The notes beneath the pieces were generated by a model. That model was not told the DNA's origin, searched no databases, and worked only from the letters and a program-made list of their open reading frames with translations. The translations under genes were made by a program, and so were the position numbers. 64,000 bases of DNA from contig OZ024759.1 in the NCBI GenBank assembly GCA_964016885.1, positions 13,640,001 through 13,704,000 of the forward strand. The letters run 5' to 3'. Of the stretch, positions 55,283 to 64,000 are shown piece by piece (within the stretch, counting starts at the first letter, position 1; each line of letters opens with the position of its first letter). Origin of the DNA: Eledone cirrhosa. Its lineage: Eukaryota.

Positions 55283-55500
55283 GATATTAAACAAATGGAA
55301 ACTATATTTATAAAACCATATTTATTTCATTATACATATTTCGGGGATACCATATTAAAAATATGGCATGCCTTCTTCAGATAAAATACAATATATAAAC
55401 AGTTTTATAAATAATTTTGACGTACCATAAATATTGATCAACTTTTATGTAAGAAGTTGGTTTGGTAGTGAAATGTTTATAAATATTTAGTGTTAAGCAC
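55283..55500 (-). mobile_element. Family A hammerhead element
   Basis: The - strand reads ttttatCTGAAGAaggcatgcca..tggtatccccGAAAtatgtataatgaaa. Confidence 0.7.
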
Positions 55501-57099
55501 AGTTAAAAAGAAAGACGGAGGAAAAGAAGAAATGTATGTAAAGAAAAACAGAGAGAAATAGAGAGAGATAGGGGAGAGAGAAATAGTGAGGAGGTGAAAA
55601 AAGAGGCAGCTGAGGCAACAGATGAATAATAATAATTCATCATACAAATTGAGAGATTTAGGAGGGAGGGAGTACTGTACTTATTTAGTTATAGTGTTAA
55701 GGAGACGGAGAGAAATAAAAAATGAAGAGAAAACAGAGAGAGAGAGAAAGATAGAGGTGGGGGGGGGGAACTGTTTCTACTTTAGGCACAAGGCCAGCAA
55801 TTACCCAGTGCATTACTGGTACTTTATTTTATCGACCCCGTAAGGATGAAAGTCAAAGTCAACCTCGGCGGGATTTGAACTCAGATCGTAAAAGGACGTA
55901 ACTATGCTGGAAAGCATGGCGTCCGACCCTCTACCGATACTGCCAATCCACCGCCCTTATATATATATAACGAAGGAATTGTGGTAAGGAACCAGTTAGA
56001 CCATAACGCACCAGAGTAACCAGAGTACTCAATACTTAGGGTAGTAGAGTGGGTTATAGGAAAAAGTATGACTCCGACGGCAGAGCTCAAGCGGTTTCGA
56101 CTTATATCATTAAGTTCACATGAAGATATGTCATTATCTTAACATCAAATATTATATTTTATCTGACGAAAGTGTACTAAAATGTTAGTACACAAATGTT
56201 AGAAATACGTATAATAAAATAAATATGGTTTTGTAAAGATATTTTCCATTTATTAATATTGTTAATATTAATGATACTCCAGATAACATTTGTAGAGTGC
56301 TTCTAATCTGTTGTAAAATTAACTTTGTTATATTATCAACAAACCAGATAACTCATTGTTTATATTGATAAATGTAATCTGAGTTTTTCGAATATTAATA
56401 ATAATATTTGATTCATTTGGAATTATGCAAACAGCCTCTTTAAAGCCATGTCAGTAGAATGACCCCGTCATTCTTGCTCTTGTGTTGGCATGTAAACAGA
56501 ACTATTTGTTTATATATACATATCATCAACATCATCATCATCGTTTAACGTCCCTGTTCCACGCTTGCATGGGTTTGGACGGGGGTTTTCCCACTTGAGG
56601 CAAGAGTGGTTGTCTTGCTCGCATAGGACTGTCTGGCGGGTTTTCTACAGCTGGATGCCCTTCCTAACACCAACCACATTTACAGTGTGGGACTGGGAGG
56701 TTTTTACCGTGTTGCCTACACGGTCACATTACAGCGTGGACTGTATAGATAAATATATGATTGTGTATAGAAGATTATATTAATAAAAGGAATTCCAACT
56801 TTGTCTGATTTACTCGTTTTATTTACAATCCTTTAAAATTTATAATGGTATTAGAATGAAATAGTATGGTAGAATATTAAATGTTAAGTGTTAATTGAAC
56901 AAGTAATTTCATGCTTTCGCAATCTTCAGGTTCATATTCTGGTGACAGTCAAGTTTGCAATTTTCACAGTTGAAAATTGCAAACTTGACTAACTCATTAT
57001 ATACCTATATATGCACAGGAAGAACTGGACATACAATTAGCCTCCTCCAGCCCTTCACTGTGAGGACACCTATCTAAAAAGTGATAATTAGACAACAAC

Positions 57100-57365
57100 A
57101 ACCAATGCATGTTGACTAACTACGCTATCTGTGACAGAGGTATGTGCCAGCAGACACACGTAGTATATTGGATTGAATGCAACAAATGTAAAGACATCTA
57201 TATTGGTAATATGACTCAACCTCTTCACACACACACCCTCATTCAAAAAATACCAATACAGGACAATATTGAAACCAGAAAGAAATGTGGGCAATTTAAG
57301 AATAAAAGAAGCCTTGCTTATACGTAGACTCAACCCACAAATCAATAACAGAATGGAACTCAGCA
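57100..57365 (+). mobile_element. Penelope-like GIY-YIG remnant
   Basis: C..CDRGMCQQTHVVYWIECNKCKDIYIG, and in another frame LRIKEALLIRRLNPQINNRME. A hammerhead-like CTGAAGAttgcgaaagcatGAAA lies on - at 56900-56935. Confidence 0.7.
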
Positions 57366-58107
57366 CACAATACAAAAGCACACACCTACATGCACATGCA
57401 CACAACCTAAGCACAACAATTTACACAAGAAATTTGCTTCCATGAGGTAATATCTACAACAATTGATGTCATCTTCCTGCTTTTCGTGAATACTACAGCA
57501 AGTGTCAAAGAAGCTTGAAGTATGAAATTTGTTGAAAAACACAACAAATTTCTACAAATTTCATAGTTGACGACCCAATTTTAGTGTTTAAGAGTTGGTT
57601 GGATGAGGTCAGTTTAAACTGGAGGAAACCAGTTTCGGGACATTAAAGATCTGGGACGGCGGAGCACCGGGGTTGTGGCTATGTAGTCTATAGGGTGGTG
57701 GTGTAGTGTTGGTGGTGGTGTAGTGTTGGTGGTGATGAAGGTGACTGGGTGGTGAATGGATGTGGGTAAACCCCCAACCCACCACCATCACCATAACAAT
57801 CATCATCAACCCCCTCCTTCCCCCAATCTAATTTCACAGTGAATAGACCGGAACGTTTTGATCTGAGAGTTCGCCATACTCTATAGAATGGATGTTTAAC
57901 TCTCAAAATATTACAACAAAAAAACATAATAATAATTACCAGTTAACTAACTTTTACGTTGCCTTCATTTTACCGTCAATTTTGCATTGTTTTAGCCTTC
58001 TTAAATATATCACTTTCTACATTATATATTTATATATGTTTGTATATATATATATGTGTGTGTGTGTATATATATATATATATGTATATATATGCGCATT
58101 TATATAT

Positions 58108-58712
58108 CATCACATCATCACCGTTTTACGTCCATTCTTCCATGCTAGCATGGGTTAGATGGATTGTCCTGTAGTGGGCAGTGTCCGGTCGGCTGACCAT
58201 GTCTTGCTCATACGGGAACTGATTCTGGGTTGATTTCTACAGCTGGATGCCCTTCCTAACACCAACCTCGTTTACAGTGAATGTTAGGTGCTTTTTTTCT
58301 GTGGCGCCTACATGTCCACTTTACAGTGTGGGCTGGGTGCTTTTTTGCCGCGGCACCTCCATGACCACTTAGCAGTGGGAGGGGTGGGGAAATATTGTCT
58401 ATATGATTCAGCATCGACTTGTACCCGTGTGGGGGGGGGGGGGGATCGGGTCTTCTGTATTACTGCGTGACGCCTTTCAGAGGTGTAATTGGGTAAGATC
58501 GGCTTTTAACACCTCATCCCAGGTCTTCTTGGGTCTCCCCACTCCCCGGCTTTCATCGACTTCTAGTGCTTTGCACCTTTTTATGCAGCTGTCATCCTTC
58601 ATACGCATCACATGTCCATACCAACGCAACCTCCTCTCCTGCACACAGCATTTGATTCTTCTTATGCTCAGTCTCTCTCTCAATTCGTTTATGCTTTGCC
58701 ATTTGCGTATAT
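58108..58712 (-). mobile_element. RTE LINE 3' fragment
   Basis: [33 protein letters not shown] plus the 3' UTR. Confidence 0.9.
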
Positions 58713-58982
58713 TACACACATATATATGCATATATATATGTATATATATGCATATATATGCATGTATATATGTATATATATATATGCATATATATATATA
58801 TATATATATGCATATATATGTATGTATATATGTATATATGTATATATATATATATGCATATATATATATATGCATATATATGTATGTATATATATATATA
58901 TATGCATATATATGTATGCATATATATATATATATATATATGCATATGTATATATATATATATATATATGCATATATATGTA

Positions 58983-59020
<38 letters not shown>

Positions 59021-59022
59021 TA

Positions 59023-59053
<31 letters not shown>

Positions 59054-59066
59054 GCATATATATGTA

Positions 59067-59110
<44 letters not shown>

Positions 59111-59144
59111 TATATATGTGTATATATATATATATATATGCATA

Positions 59145-59178
<34 letters not shown>

Positions 59179-59196
59179 CATACATATATATATGCA

Positions 59197-59238
<42 letters not shown>

Positions 59239-59432
59239 TATATATATATATATATATATATGCATACATATATATGCATATATATATATATACATACATA
59301 TATATGCATATATATATATATATATATGCATATATATATATATACATATATACATATACATATATACATACATATATATGCATATATATACATATATATA
59401 TATATATGCATATATATATACATACATATATA

Positions 59433-59472
<40 letters not shown>

Positions 59473-59688
59473 CATGCATATATATATATATATACATACA
59501 TATATATACATATACATGCATATATATATATATACATACATATATATGCATATATATATATACATACATATATATGCATATATATATATATATATATATG
59601 CATATATATATATACATATATACATGCATATATATGCATATATATACATATATATATGCATATATATGTGTGTAATATACGCAAATGG

Positions 59689-59723
<35 letters not shown>

Positions 59724-59769
59724 CATATATATGCATATATATATATATATATACATATGTAGATAAATC

Positions 59770-61320
59770 TACCAAAATATATGGTAGTGTCCAAGCCGTA
59801 TGAAGAACTCAATGTAATCCAAATATCATGAAAAGAGAAGATGCATTCAAAAATTTTCTATGAAAATCACAAGAAAAACAGAGTCAAGATAAATTAATAA
59901 AAACAATGAATAAAAACAAAGAATATTAAAAAATTCATCATTTTATGATCGTTTCTAGGATATATATGCGTGTTGGTATGTATATCATATAGATCTATGT
60001 AAAAATATTACAAACTATCAGAGGAAATATACATACCTTCACATATATGCTGTCTTCAGAAATAATTGTTTCTACTTTAGGCACAAGGCCAGCTATTACC
60101 CACTGCATTACTGGTACTTTATTTTATTGACCCCGTAAGGATGAAAGGCAAAGTCAACCTCGGCGGGATTTGAACTCAGATCGTAAAGGGACGTAACTAT
60201 GCTGGAAAGCATGGCGTCCGACACTCTACCGATACTGCCAATGATATTTGTTTATTGAAAAAACCCAACAAAGATTTAATATAATAGGTCTGTTTGGGAA
60301 CAGGTTTTGAATTGACCAATAGAAAAGTAGTATGAGGTCAAGTTGATAGAATAGTAGTCGTAGAAATTTAATTTAGGGGTAGAGGAATGCAGACTTATGT
60401 TTTCAATGGAAAGAATACTTTGAATGAAAAGAATACTTTGGGGATGAAAAGAGGTCAAGCCGGTGAAGGGTACATGAAAATTTGATGTTATTAAAGAATA
60501 ATGTTAAAAACGAAGGGTAAAGGTATTAGTGAGAAATACCAATCTTATTTAAAACACAAGGAATTTAGATCTATAACAAGAAATTAAATTAATTGATAGG
60601 TACACTTATAGGGATAAATTTATATTAATTCATATGGATGTGATAAATAAGAATTAGATGTTTTTAAAGAATGTTGTTAAAAACGAAGGAAAATTAAATT
60701 TTGGGATAAGTGTAGTAGTGAGAAATAACAATCTTATATAGACTACAAGGAATCTAGATTCATAACAGGAAATTAAATTAATTTATATGTATACTTTTAG
60801 GTATTAATTTTAGGAAAAGAGAGCTGTAAGAGGGAAATAAAATTATGAAGTTCACTGTAGTAAAGTACTAATTATAGGTTAACTAAATTAAAAAAACTAA
60901 TTATAATAATATGTAAAATATAAGTGTAAGGTGTATATTAATTAGGTTTATAATATTCGAAAGTTCTTCTAATTCTATGATTACAAGATATAATTAATTC
61001 TTGTCGCTTATTTAATACTATATCCTTAGATTTCATTATTTCCAAAAGTTCCTGGGAACATAATCTACACTCATATCTGTTATTTTGATAACACGTGGCC
61101 CTTTTGAGCACACTCCAGGTCAGGTTGTAATCGATATTCTTTTTTCTATAATTATTAATTGTTTCAGCCAAGCATGTTGTATTAGCTAATGCAGCATTTT
61201 TAAAACAATGTTTGTGGGTATTAACCCTTACTTTAAATTGGTTAGCCATAGCTCCTATATATGAATAAGTTGAGTCCTTAGTATATAAATGTAAAATTAG
61301 CACTATGTTATTAATAAGAC
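59770..61320 (-). mobile_element. 5'-truncated Penelope-like element (GIY-YIG, long 3' region, hammerhead-like motif), with a SINE inserted at 60061-60243
   Basis: ORF 60938-61330 reads NNIVL..SYIGA...FKVRVNTH...CRLCSQE..VLNKRQE..SCNHR. CTGAAGA...GAAAcgatc lies on - at 59947-60060. The 3' end is uncertain. Confidence 0.75.
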
Positions 61321-61321
61321 A

Positions 61322-62560
61322 AGTACACACTTCTCCCCGACAATATCACGGTTTTCCTTGACGCATTGCCTGGCAATCCTGAACACCTCACGTTTTTGGT
61401 CACCGCGTTGTAGAACATGCTTGAACTTTCTTTCCTCAGCTTCCCTTCTTGCTAAGTACACTTCTCTCCTAGCTTCCCTCCTGGCCACTTGATAGTCTAC
61501 TCTACTTCCCTCATCCCGCCATACTTTCCAAGCCTGCTTTTTGGCCTTAATTGACCCCTCCACCCTACTGTTCCACCACCATGTTACTCTCCTCCTGCCT
61601 ACAGGCCTGCTCCAGCCACAGACTTCGTCTGTCGCCAACAGCAGGTTTGCTTTCAGAAATTCCCACTGTCCCTCTATATTGTCCGATTCTAGATGCTCTT
61701 CCTTACTGTCGAAAGCATCAAGTAATATGCTTTGAAATTTATTTCTGGCTGTGGGGTCCTTTAGTTTCCATATTTTCCTCCTGAGGATAGTCCTCTTCTG
61801 CTGTCGAGTACGTCTCGTCCTGACTATGAGGTCGCTAATTATCAGTCTATGTTGGGAGGTGCATTCTTCATGGGGGAGGGATTTAGTGTTTACAACAGAC
61901 ACTCTGTCACGTCTTCTGGTAAGGATATAATCTACTTGGCTTGTGTGTTCCCCTGATCTATAGGTGATCAGGTGATTGTCACGTTTTTTGAAGTTAGTGT
62001 TACAGATAGTTAGGTTATTTGCATCACAGAATTCCAGGATTCTGGAGCCTTCCTCATTTCTAGTACCAAACCCATAGCCTCCATGGATTTCGTCGTAGCC
62101 ATCACAATGTTGTCCAACGTGACCATTTAGGTCGCCTGCAATAATTATATAGTCACTGTCAGATATTTGGGAGGTAGTTAGCAACAGTGTCTCATAGAAT
62201 CTGTCTTTTATAGTGCCGGGCAGTCCGGATTGGGGTGCGTACGCAGATATTACTGTCACCGTAGTTCTATTGAGGACAAGTCTTATTTTAATTATTCTGT
62301 CGTTCACTCTATTTACGTCTATTATCTTATCTGCCCACTTTTCTGCTACCATGATTCCTACTCCACCCAGCCCATCGTCGTTTCCCACCCAGAAAAGCTT
62401 ATAACATCGTTTTTTACCCTCAATGAATCTAGCAGACCCACCCCTCCACCTGGTCTCTTGAATACAACAAACATCGACCTCCTTACGTTCAAGCATTTCT
62501 ACAACCTCGTTAGCGCGACCCTTTAGGGTGCCTACATTTATGGTACCAACTCTGAAGTTT
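61322..62560 (-). mobile_element. RTE LINE 5' part encoding the APE-type endonuclease
   Basis: VGTINVGTL, CCIQETRW, GVGIMV, SAYAPQ, AGDLNGHVG, QVDYIL, SQHRLI. Its 3' end overlaps the start of the copy at 17612. Confidence 0.9.
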
Positions 62561-63269
62561 TGGGTTGCGTTTGGAGGGTGGGGGTGGTGGGGGCGGGGGG
62601 AGATAGTGTTACGTTAGCCATCCGCGGACGAAACAAAGAGGAGTGCTCGCATTCTCGTCCACGAGGTGAATTTGACTTTAACTTTGGCATTTTCGCTCTG
62701 AGCGTCCAGATTTTTCTCTCCCTTCCACTCTCCAGGATTCCGCAGTCCGTCCATCCATCCATCCATCCATCATATATCAAAGGCAACCGGGCAAGCGATA
62801 GTATAGGCCTCTGGCTTATGATTGGTCCGCGTAATAATAATAATGGTGATGCGTGGGGGTGGGGGGGCTCTGGCTTATAATAATAATGGTGATGCGTGGG
62901 GGGGGGGGGGGGCTCTGGCTTATGATTGGTCCACGTATTAAGTATGGTGGTGTGTGGGGGCGGGTGGGAGGGGTGTGGGGTAGCTAGCTGGAAGGTTATG
63001 AATGTTTAACAAGCGATTTAACAAAAAGCAAAACTGCAAGATTTGTTCTGTTTCAATACGACAAAAACACCGTATTTAAACCTTAAATAGATAACAAAAA
63101 ATACAGATTTCGGATTTTGCGAGATTGGATGTTTGGACTATGTACGAAATTGAGCGTGGAATAGATGGAGAAAAATTTGTACTTTACGATTTACATGAGT
63201 ACACCGTAGTAGGAATAATTGAAGCAGCGGTGGATTGGCGAAAGTGAATAAACATGAAGGAGAACTTAT

Positions 63270-63354
<85 letters not shown>

Positions 63355-63666
63355 CTAAGAGAAAGAGAGAGGGGAAGAAAGAGAGAGGGGAAGAAAGAGA
63401 GGGGGAAGGGGGAGAGAGATTGTGGCTGACCGCAGCCCCTCGTGGAGTAGCTGGAGGGTGAAGGGGTAGAGCGGATTTTTTGACTTTCAAGTAGCATAAT
63501 ATATATATTTAAAGTAATTTATAAGAAGTAGAATGGGAAGGATTTTGTTTTTTGTTTGAGAATACGATAGAATTAAGGAATTGGACGATACGATAGAATT
63601 AAGAATGGGAAGGATATATATATATATGTATATATATATATATGTATATATATATGTATATATATG

Positions 63667-63733
<67 letters not shown>

Positions 63734-63766
63734 GTATATATATATGTATATATATATATATGTATA

Positions 63767-63825
<59 letters not shown>

Positions 63826-63837
63826 GTATATCATCAA

Positions 63838-64000
63838 TCATCATCATCATTTTACGTCCGCTTGCAAGGGTGGGACGGGAACTGATTCTGGCTTGATTTT
63901 CATAGCTGGATGCCCTTCCCAACACTAACCTCATTTACAGTGAGTGCTGGGTGCTTTTTTTTTTCGTGGCACTTCCACGACCACTTTGCAGTGGAATGAT
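63838..64000 (-). mobile_element. SINE family 1 3' end (runs off the window)
   Basis: (CAT)n tail and the shared tail sequence. Confidence 0.85.

Overview
This is AT-rich, repeat-saturated eukaryotic DNA, most likely from an octopus or other coleoid cephalopod. That assignment is inferred from the tRNA/CORE- and Meta-type SINEs with RTE tails, the RTE LINEs ending in (TGA)n, and the extreme (TA)n content. The only host gene I can support is the 5' end of a minus-strand transmembrane channel-like (TMC) gene. It has a start exon at 10084-9513, a candidate 33-nt microexon at 5534-5502 and an exon at 579-457, all joined by phase-2 GT-AG introns. The rest is nested mobile DNA: many RTE LINE copies (RT followed by a PHD-like finger), three SINE families, Penelope-like (GIY-YIG) elements, Tx1- and CRE-like fragments, two Tc1/mariner relics, hAT and piggyBac-like MITEs, and TE-derived minisatellites. 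The most notable unannotated signal is roughly 20 hammerhead-ribozyme-like motifs from several sequence families. Most sit in short, often fold-back modules next to (TA)n tracts, consistent with Penelope pseudo-LTR or retrozyme-like non-autonomous elements. Nearly all long IY/CV/TH-rich ORFs in the track are microsatellite artefacts. Element boundaries were read by eye and are approximate unless a splice site, TIR or TSD is quoted.
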